A stretch of DNA of 64,000 nt, from positions 21,887,486 through 21,951,485 of the forward strand of contig CM119267.1 of assembly GCA_051294375.1 (NCBI GenBank), in the 5' to 3' direction. The number at the start of each line of letters is the position of its first letter. The stretch's first letter is position 1. Origin of the DNA: Paraspadella gotoi. Its lineage: Eukaryota; Animalia; Chaetognatha. Below the pieces are notes generated by a model. It was not told the origin of the DNA. It did not search any database and saw only the letters and a program-made list of their open reading frames with translations. Of the stretch, positions 1-13,798 are shown in pieces. The position numbers were made by a program, and so were the translations under genes.

Positions 1-110
1 AGTGTTTAGGGTTAATAGTTAGAGATGAAGTGTTAGGTTTGGTTTATAAGTCAAAAAATATTTAAATTTAATATTAAGTTTGAAGGATTTTACCCGTAAC
101 CGCCGTGAGC

Positions 111-378
111 GAGCTAGTGTTTTTCTGGACTTGCTATTTAATTTATTAAAGATTCGAAGAAATGTAAATTTAGTAAATTTTATTGTTACGTAGACATTAA
201 CATGAGCGTGAGACGTGAAGCAGTAGAGGGAGACAATAAAGCAAGGTCGAAGCGGAGACCAAAGCAAGTTCGAAAGGCGAGACAAATAAAGCAAGTCGAA
301 GGGAGACATTAAAGCTAAGTCGAAGGGAGACATAAATGCAAGTCGAAGGAGAACATAAAGCAAGGTCGAAAGGGAGAG
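111..378. repeat. LTR-like direct repeat (copy A) containing ~22-bp tandem units GCAAGTCGAAGGGAGACATAAA
   Basis: Aligns by eye with 5929-6140; TG..CA termini were not identified. Confidence 0.65.
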
Positions 379-3300
379 CTATTTCTAAAAGATACAAAAA
401 AAAAGAACGTTTATTCAAAAATAGATCAACTTTAAGCTTAACGCATAAAATTACAAATATTGCAATTTAAATGCTTACCGACTGTCACGAATCATTTGGT
501 AAACTATGATCCTCTTAGTTTAGGCTAAGCACATCTCTTTCTATATGCTTTTGTTAAGTACATCATAGGACTAACCAATCATAGAGAGCGATTTTAAAAT
601 ACTGATCAATCAGATAACTCGTCGTAGAGCAACAAAATACGAATTCAATATAATAAAAAAGGGCCTCAATCACAACGGAGAGACCTATCTCGCTAACAAA
701 TAAAAATTTAACTAGCAATCGCCCCATCTATCGATCAGATATATAACAATTAAATTTTTATAAGATACGAGGGCAACTTAGAGTACTTATAATACGTCTT
801 TAAAAATGATAGAACTTAAATATCATAAACAATTATTATAAGTTCAACAGTAAAGCGATCAGGCAATCGCAAGTAAGGTAACTACTTTATTTAAAATCAT
901 ATAAGACAAAATTTATGTTATAAGATTTAAGGAACCAAAAAACATTTTTTTTTTATGAAATAGTTCATTTACAATTTCGTCCACTTTTAATCAAAGAGTG
1001 CTGATAGGCGTCGTCTTTAATGGCAGATACAGGATCAGGTTACCCCCTCCATCGTCAAAAGAACAGCTCGGTCATTGCTAGTTAGTGAGACAGAAAAAGT
1101 AATAAGAGATAAGTCCTACCATATCTTTGCATGCCGGCCAATAGATCTTTTTACTGGATAAAATGCACCAAGTAAACATATGCAAGCACTTTGGAAGTTT
1201 TTTCCCAGAGTGGAAGATTTGCACTTGATGGAAAATCATTTAGAATTGCATGGATTCCTTGATATTGTAAAGACCTGAATCGCACAAAGCAACAAATCAA
1301 GTAGAATAGGTGCGTAAGATAGAGCTGCAGAAGCTATTCTCAATTTAGGCCATTCAGTCTTTTCAGCTGTAATAGATAATCTGGTCCATTGTGTAAAAAC
1401 TGCCCAGAATTTCTGATCATCAACAGCAAAGCTTTGTTGAAAAAAAGATCAACTTTTGGGCTTTTTCTTTTGTAGGAAATAGACAAGCTAAAAATTGTAT
1501 GGCATTGAAAAATGGACATGAAAAATGAAACTTTAATATTTCCATTATCTTTTAATCTTTCATATGCAGCAACCCTATAAACTTTCCATAGATGCATCCA
1601 CTAGACATGTGCAATTCTTTGGAGATGATTTCTTTCATGTTCTTTGGAGGAGAGTTTCCTCAAGATGAATAATGATTTTTCAAATCTGCTTGGTTTTCTT
1701 CCTCTGAGATTATATCATCCCTTTCCCATTTTATTTGAGCCACAAAAAATTTGAACTTGTGTCTAGCAATGCAGTATGAAGGGTGCCTGGTGAAGCTTAA
1801 TGGATCAAAATGGAAGCTGTTGAACAAACGGCTTTTCTTCTGGTTAGAATGTTTTTCCCTCTTAAAATAGCTTAATTTTAAACCAAAACAACCAGTCATA
1901 AACATTCAGAAATTATACTCCAAGCTTTTCCAGATGGGATTTCTTCCAAATCAAAAAACTTATGGTTTTACTTGGTCATTTTATAGTGGGGATTTCAACA
2001 AGGGAAACACAACTTCTTCAACCAAGTTTCTACTTGATCCGAAACATTAATCGTTGAGTTTCCATGTCGTTCTTAAGACAAGACTGGACCTTGTCTTAAT
2101 CTTTCCAAAGTGCCATTTCAGCCATGGCGCATCTGGGTCTAAGACCTCAGCAGCTTTTGTCCCGACTCTCCTTCCAGGTAATGCAACTTGATAATGGACC
2201 CATTAACAAATTTTATAGCAGTCCTTTAAAACTCCAAGAGCTTTTTTATCGTTCTTGTGACTCACGATTCGTTATCTTCATCAGCAATGGGTCTCATTAA
2301 AATCATCGATGGAAAAGGTTTATCCAAACTTTGTTGGTAACCAAATTTTATTGTTAAAATTAAATAGCATCACACTCAAACTGTAGAGCAGCTTGAAGAG
2401 TTTCCTCCATGAATAATCGTCCACCCCATCCGTGTTCGAACCGCACATTGTGAGCAGTTCTTGAGGGCTCCCTACGGCACATAGAAAGCATCAGCGGTAC
2501 TCAAGAGATGGTTGGCTAATGAATCTATTAACCTATTAATACTCATTCAATTTTTAAGAGGACGCCTGTCTTCATTGTAAAGCGTTATTATTTCTCTCTC
2601 ACAAATAAGAAAAATTTTTGTAACTTGTCTGAAGTCGGGGAATGAACATTTCCATTTGAAAGGCTCTGAAGACTTATGACAACCAGACTTGTGTGTCGAC
2701 CCTTAAAGTCATCATCTAAGAGTTTAAAGTTATAGGAGGGACTGCTGGACGTAGCTCTAGTCTTGGAGTATCAAGAGAGTTGACATCTTGTTAACCATGC
2801 TTTTTGCTTGCGGTAGATTTAATCTTTCGGATAGTTCTGCTGGAACAACATGTTCTTATTGTAGCTAAACCCGTATCTATAATGCGATAAAACATATGCC
2901 CTTTGTTCTTTTGATAATTCACTAGCAATGGCACATAGGTCGATAAGTACACCACCATCATTTCTGTAGCAAGAAGCGCTGTGCAGATGTAAATCTGTAC
3001 TGGTGGATGCGTGATTTGGCATTGACTTGTTGGTTCTAACATTGGTTATGAATTCATCAGCTGCTGAGTTTCCTTTTGTTTGCCGATAAGCAAAAGACAT
3101 GTGGTTTTTAGAGTGACCACGTTTTACAGCATAAACTTTGTGATTCTTGCAGTCAGAAATTTTATGCTGTTATTCAATACACCGAACATAAACGATTATT
3201 CTTAGCATACTCAAAATCTTGCTAACTTGCCGCAAGTCCCATTTTCAAACTGTAGTCGACAACCAGACAAATGTAATGTTAATACTAGTGCTCACAAAGG

Positions 3301-5928
3301 GCTGTTAAAGAGCTTACTGGTATTAAATTTTTTGTAGCACTAGAATTCTTTTTGCATCAAGCCGAGCCCCATCTACTCCAGAATCCTCATTTGTTAATGA
3401 TTGGAGCTACTAGAGTATTGCAAAGTCATGGAAGTGTTAGCAGCTGCCACTTTTAATAACATCTTTTGGAGAAAACTTGGACGAGCATATGGAGACTCCA
3501 GCTGTTTGAACTTGCATCATCCAGAAAGTATAAGAAATTGGCAAATTGTTCCTTTTTGCTTTGATAACGCCTATACAAATTCGTGATGGAGAGTATTGCC
3601 AATTTATCACGTTTTAGAAATGGAATGCTGCTTATCAATCAAATTGTACAAGATCGGATGCTTTAGAAAAAAACCTTCAGTGAGAGTCCCCAGACTATGG
3701 AGAGCAGTGTATTTTTTAGCCTTCTTCAAGGCTCCATAACAGGGTTTCTAAGACCAAACAAGATCGCCTTTATCTTTAAAAGTAGTCTTTTGTTTATTAA
3801 TATTCACGCTAATCTTTCTAGCAGCAACATGTGCCTATAAACCCCGTGATGTGAACTAACTTTTGTTTTAGGCTTAGCTAAAAGCTTTTGGTTGCCATCA
3901 GTTCATTTTCAAATTGTCTTAATGGAATATTATGAGCCTCACCAGTCGTCCATTCAACAACTCAAGATACTTTTCACGAATCATCTACCCAGGAAGTCGT
4001 TCTACATCAATATTAAACCGAGATAGAATGACGCTAAACTATAGCTGTCACCCTTCCACCTCTTATCTTCCTTAGGGCCGTGCTCGCTCCAGTTTAGCCG
4101 AAGATGCCCAAGAAATAATGCGTGCGGATACAAAGCGGCTTTGAGTAGGAGTCTGAAGAGTCAGAAGGTGGATGGTCATCATGGTGCGCTTAATTGATTG
4201 CTTTGAGTTGGTTGGATGGAACCTGAGGAGTGGATGGGAATCCAGAGTTGCCAGATGCTGTTGGCGGCATAGTCGTGGATCTCAATGGTATGCCGGGGTT
4301 TAAAACAAGATTGCATGAGCAACCGGTAGTCTTAGTGCTAAAGCTTGGCGTTTAAATTCGTACTTTTATATGGATTAATGAGGAGCTCATGCATTAAAGT
4401 AGAAGCTTCAGGGCAAAATGAACCAAGTCATTGCCCTTTGCACCTCTCTTGCTTTATTCATATCTTCCAATGTGTAACCTTGTCAAAGCAGAAGGAGTCT
4501 TTGGTAAAACCGCGATGTGTTAGGAATGGAGGCAATCATTCTTTGTAAAATTTGGATATTCGTCATTTTACATCTATCTACTTAATTCAGCCTTTTCCGA
4601 TTCATCCTTCCCTTCTCCCTCTTTTTCTCATTATACTTCCCTTTTATTATTTAATTTTATTGCAAAATTATTTAATTTTCTTTGTGCTTCTTCCAATTCC
4701 AGAGCAAAATCTTCTCTTTTCTTCCTTTCCCTTTTGATCACCACGATCCTTTTCATTAATTTTAAACTCTTGATGTTTAATTTTTCTTTTCGTTTCCTTT
4801 AATTTTAAACTCTTTACGCGGAATTAGTTCCTTTACGAACTCTGAGCTTTGAGCATCTAGCAGACATGGACACGGACTTTAGGAGCATTAGGGACAAGAG
4901 ATTGTTATGGCAAACGTATTTATTGACTTAAGTAAAGTAAACTCTTCCATTCGTTCATGAAATGTGGGATTCTTCCTTTTCATATTCCTGTAATGCCTTT
5001 CGAATTTTCCGCTTCCCTTCCTTAGTCAAACCCTCGCCCCTTCAATTCATTGTATGTTTCACTAGCCAGAGTATGCAATCTTTCATGAGCTTGTTTTTGC
5101 AATATTAATGCTTTCCTCCTTACGTTGAGGTTTTGGGGCAAGCTTTAGCAAACTTATATTTAAAATTCGTGATAAATGCTATGGATAAATGGATCCCGTT
5201 TTTTATTTTAACCCGCCCTTGTGGAGTATTGACGAGTTAGACATTATTGATTTCAAAAATTCATTAAACCAAACAAGACACGAAACCGAGATATAAAAAA
5301 AGCAAAGCCAACCCTTATAATAAGAGGAAAGCAAAACTTATAATGGCATAAGAAACCATTGAAGCGAGAGCAGGTAGAAACCGGAAAGAGTTTCCTTTTA
5401 AAAAGGAAAACCAAATTCATAAAAGTAAAATTTCAAACCGTAACACATATAGAACCGTATAATTATAAAAGTATGGAAAGAAAACAGCGTTTCGAGTTTA
5501 AAACGTTAAAGCGCAAAATTCGATTCGCGGAAGAGAGTCTCTCTTATTTTAAAAATTATTCGCGTTTACGCAGATAAAAGAGCTTGCGCATATAGAAATC
5601 AGTTATTTCATTATTTCGCATTCGAATGTATTACGAGATTCGCGTAGTTATCTTTTTTTTTAATTGCACTCGATAAACTCTCTTTTATGTCGATTTATTT
5701 TTAGAAAAGCAAATTCGTCTTCTTTTTCTACGCTGCAGTTGTATTTAGTCTTATTCTTACGCCGGTCTCGCTTTAGTTGAGTGAATCGTCTGATGCGATC
5801 GTGAAGGAACGCAGAACGCAAACAGAGAACATTTCTGATTCGAGATTTGAGTGCCTTCTTTAAAAGCGTTTATTAAAAGTCACGAAGTCGAAATATATAT
5901 ATATACGCTCCTAACGCTCTCTAATCAT

Positions 5929-6140
5929 GAGCTAGTGTTTTCTGACTGCTATTTAATTATAAAGCATTCGAGAATGTAAATTTAGTAAGATAAAGACATA
6001 ACATGAGCGTGGAGACGTGAAGCAAGTAGAGAGGGAGACATAAAGCAAGTCGATAGAGACAAAGCAAGTCGAAGGGAGACATAAAGCCAAGTCGAAGGGA
6101 GACATAAAGCAAGTCGAAGGGAACATAAAGCAACGAAGGA
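5929..6140. repeat. LTR-like direct repeat (copy B)
   Basis: gagctagtgttt...catgagcgt...gcaagtcgaagggagacataaa is shared with 111-378. Confidence 0.65.
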
Positions 6141-6996
6141 GTGAAAGAGAGGTGAATTAACATAGAGGAAATGCGAAAGAAGATGGAAGGAAAGAAGGAA
6201 GGATGTAAAGAAGTAAAAATAGTAAGTAAAAGTAAGTTAATATTTGAGTAAAAGTAAGTAATAAGAATAAGTTCAAGAACTTTGATTATTTTTAAGACAT
6301 CCCGTTACAATCAATCACGCATGCTTTGGTTTTCCATCTTAATCATTTTCATCATTCATCCCCATCATTCCGCAACAACAGCGTCGACACTCCATCGTTT
6401 TATGCAGCAGCTTCAACAGCACCTTCTTCACCATCGTCATCCTTTACAGCAGCTTCGACAGCAGCATCGTCTCGATCATTATCGTCTCCATTCTATTCGT
6501 TACGATCTTCAACGGAATTTCGACTCCTCGTTCATCGTCGTTGACGTCAGCTTCATTCATATTCGTCGTCGTCGTCGTCGTCGTTCCTCATTTATCGTCG
6601 TCGTCGTCGTCGTCGTTTGTCAAAACGCGATCTCGTTTAAAAAATAAAAAAAAATTCCCTCTTTGTCGCTCGAATTCTTTCCGCCTTTAAAATCCCCATT
6701 TTCTTTTTTCTTTTTTCCTTTTTTTCTTTCTTTANNNNNNNNNNNNNNNNNNNNNNNNNNNNNNNNNNNNNNNNNNNNNNNNNNNNNNNNNNNNNNNNNN
6801 NNNNNNNNNNNNNNNNNNNNNNNNNNNNNNNNNNNNNNNNNNNNNNNNNNNNNNNNNNNNNNNNNNNNNNNNNNNNNNNNNNNNNNNNNNNNNNNNNNNN
6901 NNNNNNNNNNNNNNNNNNNNNNNNNNNNNNNNNNNNNNNNNTCTCTCATCGCGATTCGCGTCTTTTTCTTTTTTTCTTCTCAACAATTCGACCATA

Positions 6997-7275
6997 TTTT
7001 CCAAGTACGCCCGGTTTTATCTTAAATTCGGAATAAGGTTAATATCTTTGGTTAAGAATTAGGTCAGAGGTTAATTTATCAAGGATTGGGATAGGGGATT
7101 AGGTTAGTGATTAAGGACTGGGTTTGGGATTAGGGCTTGGGACCAGTGTTTAGGGTTAATAGTTAGAGATAAGTGTTAAGGATTGGTTTATAAGTTCAAA
7201 AATATATTTAAATTTAATATTAAGGTTAAAATTAAATTTTGGTATTAACCAACAGAAATGGGAACTCTTGGAAAA
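6997..7275. mobile_element. MITE-like element with degenerate TTAGGG-like interior (family copy)
   Basis: Imperfect inverted ends TTTTCCAAGTACGCCC / GGGAACTCTTGGAAAA around GGGTTA/GGATTAGG-type repeats. Confidence 0.55.
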
Positions 7276-9050
7276 AAGAGTCACAAAATTCTCTTTCGCC
7301 CGCGAAATTTCGCGCCTTTTTAATCGTATTTTTTTCGGCGCATCCGCCCACCCCCTCCCCGCCTTCCTCTCCCCTCCGCCCCCTATCTCCCCCCCAACTT
7401 GTTCTTTTGTTATTCGGCCTCAAATTCATTTCCTTTTATCTTTTCACGACCTCCGTTTTTCTTCCTTTTCATTGCATTTTTTTTTTTACTTTTTCTTTTC
7501 CTCGTTTTTTTGTTTCTATCTTTTGTTTTCTTGTTTATAACCTTTTTTTATTTTTACTTTTATCATTTTTTTTTCATACTTTTTTCTTTTTCTTTTTCAT
7601 TTTACTTTTCTTTATACTTGGTCCAAGTTGCGCAGAAAGTATTCTCCTTTCTTTTTCAGAAACGGAATTTTCAATGNNNNNNNNNNNNNNNNNNNNNNNN
7701 NNNNNNNNNNNNNNNNNNNNNNNNNNNNNNNNNNNNNNNNNNNNNNNNNNNNNNNNNNNNNNNNNNNNNNNNNNNNNNNNNNNNNNNNNNNNNNNNNNNN
7801 NNNNNNNNNNNNNNNNNNNNNNNNNNNNNNNNNNNNNNNNNNNNNNNNNNNNNNNNNNNNNNNNNNNNNNNNNNNCTTCAATTAACACCATTTTATTACT
7901 CGACATTTCATTAACTCTAAATAATTTATCACATTTAGTTAAGACATTTAAACTCCCTCTATCTAAACGAAACTAAATTTCTAAGATTTCTTCAAGCCCC
8001 AAAACGGTCGAGACGTGACATTTTAGCAGACAGCCCAAGACCAAGCGAATGCTCTGTCGCCTCACGCGCGAATCGGTTCACTCCCGCTGCGACAGGCACT
8101 CGCTAAACGCCGCGGGGAATGGAGTCCCTCGGCTTCACTAGTCTTGGCCTCATCCCTCGTCCTACTTGGCCTCATCCTCCATCGCCTCGGCCTCATTTTC
8201 CGAACTACTTGGCCTCATCCTCTGCCCTATTTGACCTCAACCTCCATTGCCTCGGCCTCATTCCCTGCTCTTCTTAGTCTCACCTTCTGTTACATTTGGC
8301 TTCATCTTTCATGGCCTTGTTGTTTTTGTTGTCGTTGTTGTTGTTGTCGCCGCAACCTCAACTCCTTGGCCTCATCTCCCATCATCTTTAGCTATCTTAT
8401 CTTATCTCTCCATAGCTTGAGTCTCACTGTCCGCCCTTCTTGGCCACATCTCCTGCTTTACTTGGCCTCATCCTCCATTTTCCGCTCTTCTCGTCTTCAC
8501 CTCCCGCACATGTTTGGCCTCACCCTCCATTACCTGGCCTTACCTCACCTCATCTTCGTTCTCAACTCCCAACCGCCCGTCTCTCTCTCTCTCTCTCTCT
8601 NNNNNNNNNNNNNNNNNNNNNNNNNNNNNNNNNNNNNNNNNNNNNNNNNNNNNNNNNNNNNNNNNNNNNNNNNNNNNNNNNNNNNNNNNNNNNNNNNNNN
8701 NNNNNNNNNNNNNNNNNNNNNNNNNNNNNNNNNNNNNNNNNNNNNNNNNNNNNNNNNNNNNNNNNNNNNNNNNNNNNNNNNNNNNNNNNNNNNNNNNNNN
8801 NNNNNNNNNNNNNNNCCTGGTTGAGCGCCAAGTCGAGCGCAGGGTCGAGCGCATTTAGATCGAGTGCTAATTCGCTTTGGGTCGAGTCATAGAGTAAAGC
8901 GCCAATTAAACAGGACGGGCCGAGCGCCAAAATTTGACGTGGATGTGTACGGAGTAGATTTGAAAATCGTAAATGGCTCGGCTGTTAAACTTTCGTCTAA
9001 ATTATACACGATTATTATTCAATTGAAACATTCTTTGAAATGTTATACCA

Positions 9051-9155
9051 CTTCATTGATAGGAAATCCCGGTACACTGGGAGTGAATAAATTAGACTGT
9101 GAAAGACTGTGTAAGTCTTTTTAGTCGGATCTGCTTATCAGCAGATTCCGACTTT
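9051..9155 (+). repeat. Dispersed repeat ending in a strong hairpin; related copies at ~16337-16400 (+) and ~36920-36953 (-)
   Basis: The TTCATTGATAGG..GGTAC.CTG.GAGTGAAT.AATTAGAC core is shared. Hairpin AGTCGGATCTGCT-TATC-AGCAGATTCCGACT followed by a T run. Confidence 0.6.
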
Positions 9156-9432
9156 TAATATTAATTGTATCTATTTTATCTAGGAAAAATCCATCTAATT
9201 GGGTTTTCACAATCAGCTTTCTTATTCACTCACACTCGCACTCATTCACAATTTTCGAGAATGTAAGCGTGACATTTTTTATCAACCTTTTTCGAAGTTA
9301 TTTAATTTTAATCATGTTAAAAATTTATATTTGAATTTATATAAAATAAATTCATTATATACAATATATTAGATTATATTTTTTTATATTGTCTTATATT
9401 ATATATAATCAGTTCCCGCCGGTCAGTAAAAT

Positions 9433-9505
9433 GACTCCCTTTTTAAGAATCCCTTCGTCACCTCGGCGGGCGTTGGTTGCCCACTGTAATCCCAGCCATA
9501 AGGGA
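9433..9505 (+). ncRNA. Candidate degenerate HDV-like ribozyme fold
   Basis: P1 GACUCCC(9433-39)/GGGCGUU(9468-74), 6 of 7 pairs starting G-U; P2 UCCCUU(9450-55)/AAGGGA(9500-05); P3 GUC/GGC; P1.1 CC/GG; C before P2'. L3 is short and P4 is weak. Confidence 0.4.
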
Positions 9506-10369
9506 GAGTGAGTTGCAGGACGGAGGGACATTCCCAAGTTCAGGTATTCTGTGAATGTCATCTGCAGGATATCCGCCATCGACCTACTCTAACATCAAGG
9601 TCAAATTGGGGGAGTCGGCGCGCAAAAAATGAAAAATGACATCCGAAGTGTACAACAAAAAAGTTACATCCAAAAACGTTGTATGCCGCATTCCATGATT
9701 GAAGGGCACCATGGAATGTACCGACCTCGGGTCGTGGTGTCTTGGGAATTCGGGTTAGAGGGTTACATAGGGAGGTCAAATGGTATTCCAAACCTGCTAC
9801 ACTACTTTTTTATTTTGGTTTCTTTAATTTGAGACAGATGGATTCAGTACCAAATGGTCTGGTATTTATGCAATACAATCGGATCATCGACACGGGCTCG
9901 TTTTCCCGATGGCATGAAGCCCGTATCTCATTGGTCCATTCCGACGGTGATTCATCCAATCATAAAGTCCTTGGTAGATTTCATCCGAGTCCCGGATCCG
10001 ATTCCATTCTTGGTTCCGATTCCATCAGCGATGAAATAATTATAAATTATGCAAAAAAATTGATGTCCGTCTGTCTGTCTGTAAATTAATTATTTATGAA
10101 TTAGTAATTATTTATTAATTAATTTGATTATCGAGATTGTTGTTTTGTGATTGAGACGCGAGACAAAGTGGAAAACTATTTTGACGCCAATAAAAAAAAT
10201 TTATATTAATTATTTAATTTTTTGATTAATTGATTATCTGATCAGTAGCTGACCGCTAATGATTGTGGGCAGATCCGGCATTGTTTTCTCAAATTTGTTT
10301 AAAATCATTAAGGGTCCTGTTCGGTTACTATCTAGTGAGAGGTATGGATGTCCAAAGTCAGGGGGTAAA

Positions 10370-10620
10370 GAGCAAAATACAATTTTAAAAAATGAAAAAA
10401 AAGGCAAAAATAAAGCCAAAAAAATAGAGCCACAAATATCAATGGAAAGATTTGGGAAATTAGAAAAATGTAGTATGAAGTCGTAAATAGCAAAATGGGT
10501 TCTAAAGAATAAAGGCGAAGGTAATGAAAAATGCCAAAAATGGTAACGGAATAGTTGGAGAAAATAGCTAAATGTGTAGAAATAATATGTGAATGGATAA
10601 TTTTTATTTTGGTTGTACCA
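10370..10620 (+). repeat. Dispersed A-rich repeat, second copy at ~15525-15768
   Basis: Shared ATGGAAAGATTT.G.AAATTAGAAAAA...GTTGGAGAAAATAGCTAAATGTGT...TTGGTTGTACCAA. Confidence 0.7.
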
Positions 10621-10936
10621 ATTCCATTCCGTCAAAATGAGTTAACCAAGATCGCGTCAACTTTTGAGTCTCGTTTTTGTTGGCTCTTCAGTAAAAGTGT
10701 GATAGCTGAGAAGTGCGAGTCAAAGCGCATACTAAAGGACCTACGTGTTCTGCGACTAATCATAGTAATCGTCAAGAAGCGACAAATTGTATTTTGCGCC
10801 TTACAAAAAATATACTTAAACCGCGTAAAAATGCACGCCACTCGCACGCACTTGCGCGCACGTCATTTCATCGTGCGCGATTTGGCGCGTGCTGTTAAAC
10901 GACGCACGAGTGGCGCCAGAAAAAAGGAGATAAGCT

Positions 10937-11117
<181 letters not shown>

Positions 11118-12829
11118 TTTTAAACCCCAGCTTATAAATTATTAAAAAAGTCATATCAGTGAGGGATAATTTTCAATATCAACTTACTTTTGAGACTTTA
11201 GTTTAGAAATTTACGAGTAAACTTACAATTAAATTTTCTATTTTCTTACATCGCTCGCACTAACTGTACTGCTGTAAGAGATGATTATTTAATACTATCT
11301 TAAGTTAGATTGAATTTCTCAATCTCATTTACATATTGTAGTATTGAACTTGAATTGATACATTTTTATTTTAGATTTCAATATTATTTCTGTTTCTCGG
11401 TTTTTCAGTACTTAATTATAGTCTTTAGCAATACTGGTAATTAACAGGAATTATAGTAATATTTTGATTGATAAATTAATAATTATAATATAGTATATTA
11501 TTGCTTAGAGATTGGCTTGCTTATATTTGGTCATCTCTTTATTTGTTCAGAAGTTTAACCATTATTCAGCATTGGTTTTGGGGATGCACTCTTTTGCTAG
11601 AGTCCATATCTCTTTATCGTAGCTCAATCAACAAAAGGTTAACATCCTTAACAGTAAATCTCTAAAAACCTATTAATAGTGTTTAATTATGTATCCATTT
11701 CTCTATTTCTAGCCAATTATATAACAAAGACTTACAGATTACATAGAAAGTATTTAATAGAGAGCATTCATCACCGATGCAAGGTCAAGTCAAGATTCAC
11801 AAGCAATATACCCTCCTATATCTGGTGCATCGTCACTTAAATTAGTACAACTATAACAACAATTCAGTTTTATACTGCTTACTCCTTTTTTTTACTTTTT
11901 TGGATTAAAATTTCTTCTTTATATCAACGATCAAGTGATATCTATTTTTAAAAATAATATAAAAAAACATACAACTTAATAACATTTTCATTCGCTTTCC
12001 TCATTGATTTTCTTTCAAAAAGCTTTTTCCCTTCTCTTTTCTTTCCTCAGCTTCTTCTCCGTTCTCAAGGGAACCCCGTCAGGCAAAAAAAGCTTCCCTT
12101 TTCTCCCCCGAAAAAAAAAAGTTTGTTAAGCGAATCACGTAAGATCGAAGCCACGGGTCACCAGATGGAGAGGGAGGGGCTGAGGAGGAGGAGGAAGAGG
12201 AGAAGGTAAAGAGGGGTGAAAGTAGCACGAGGGTTGGGTAAAAAAGCAAAGGAGAATAATGGTGAAAGTAAGGAACGCCCTTTTTTGATAGCACAAATAT
12301 GAATCATATGCATATTAAGCAATAAGCATGGTGCATAACTTTTATACCAGTATTAACTAGAATAATTTCTTTTTACTCAATTTATTAGCTTTAGCGAAGT
12401 GACTTATATAGTGGCGGCGCAAGTAAAAAATATGGTGAAGAGAAAAAAAATACAATATGGGGGGAAAAAATAAAGAAAAAGAAAGAAAGATTTTGAAGGA
12501 AAAAAGAAAATGAGAAAACGTGCGTTGAACAAAAAAAAGGAGAGATTAAAGAGGACAAATAAGGACAAAGAAGGACAAAGGAGGACAAGAGGTAGGAACA
12601 ATAAAAAGAATTGAAAGAGAAAATGGGGAGGTAGGATGGGAGGAAAAGAGGGAGGAAAAAAAGGGAAGGAAGGAAGGAAGGAAGGAAGGAAGGAAGGAAT
12701 GAAGGAAGTAAGGGAGAGACAGAGGATTGAAAGGCAGGAAGGAAGGAAAGGAAGGGAGAGATGAAGGGAGCGAGAGAGGATATGATGACGGAAATAAGAA
12801 AGGAAAGAATAAAGGAAGAAATAAAAAAG

Positions 12830-13454
12830 AAGGGATGAACGGAGATGAGAAAGCAAGAAAGAAAGGACGTAAGAAAGGTAGGAGGAGAAAAAGGAAGGAA
12901 GAAAGGGAGGTAAAAAAACGGAGAGGAGACAAAAGAAAAGGAGAAAACGAAGAAGAAACAAGAGGTCAGTGTGGAAGAGGAAGAAAAGAGAAAGAAACCA
13001 AAAAGCGGGTCAGAGGAAGAAGAGGGACTCCTTGTCAGTCAAGTCATAACAAANNNNNNNNNNNNNNNNNNNNNNNNNGAATGAACGGAATGAGAAACAA
13101 GAAAGAAGGACGTTAAGAAAGGTAGGAGGAGAAAAAGGAAGGAAGAAAGGAGGTAAAGGAAAACGGAGAGAGAGACAAATAGATAAGAGGAAAAACGAAG
13201 AAGAAGACAACAGCACGAAGGTCCTCATGTGGAAGAGGCAAAAGCAAAAGAGATAAGAACCAAAAAGCGGGTTCAGAGGAAGAAGAGGACTCGCTTGTAA
13301 GATCAGAAGATGGCATTGTGTTCTAACCAAATATCCGTCCTCGGGGAATTGCTTTTCAGGACAAAGAAAATGAGCGGAAAGGAGTAAAGGAGAAGGAGGA
13401 AGAAGCATTAAGGTGAGGGCGAATTTATGACGAGACTTGAGTTTCTGGTGATTC

Positions 13455-13513
<59 letters not shown>

Positions 13514-13751
13514 GAGAGAGGAGAAGAGAGAGAGAGAGGAAGAAATATATTTAAAATAAAATTCTAAACAAAACTAAAAGATATGATCAGTAGAAAAATA
13601 AATAAAAAAGAAAATTAAAGAGAAGAAAAAAATATATAAGTTGAGAGGAGAAGAGAGGGATGAAGAGAAGGCCTCCTTTGATGCTCAGAGGACTCTTAAC
13701 TCAGTAATAACAATATCCTTCGGTACGTGAGAGAGAGAGAGTAGATGAGAG

Positions 13752-13798
<47 letters not shown>

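Larger units (their letters stand above)
111..6140 (-). mobile_element. Degenerate BEL/Pao LTR retrotransposon, internally deleted
   Basis: Frameshifted minus-strand motifs occur in BEL order: gag (..KGD..EKY..WTTGEA ~4070-3935); Zn knuckles (EYAKNNRLC..HKISDC ~3215-3095); protease IIDTG (~2875); AVRTRMGW (~2435); YQVALP(W)K (~2185); TRRK..ASI(F)DPL (~1810); RNase H ELH..DAS....VAAYER (~1610-1560); NGPDYL..EWP (~1385-1350). Flanked by ~200-260 bp direct repeats. Confidence 0.8.

Noticed and set aside
1035-1075. Chromodomain-like ELF..RWRG.PD fragment at the 3' end of the retroelement
   Set aside because: Interrupted by stops, very short, and chromodomains are not typical of BEL/Pao; likely chance.
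6620-8930. Long ORFs spanning N runs (also at 36141-36302 and 43555-43772)
   Set aside because: Artefacts of translating through assembly gaps and simple repeats.
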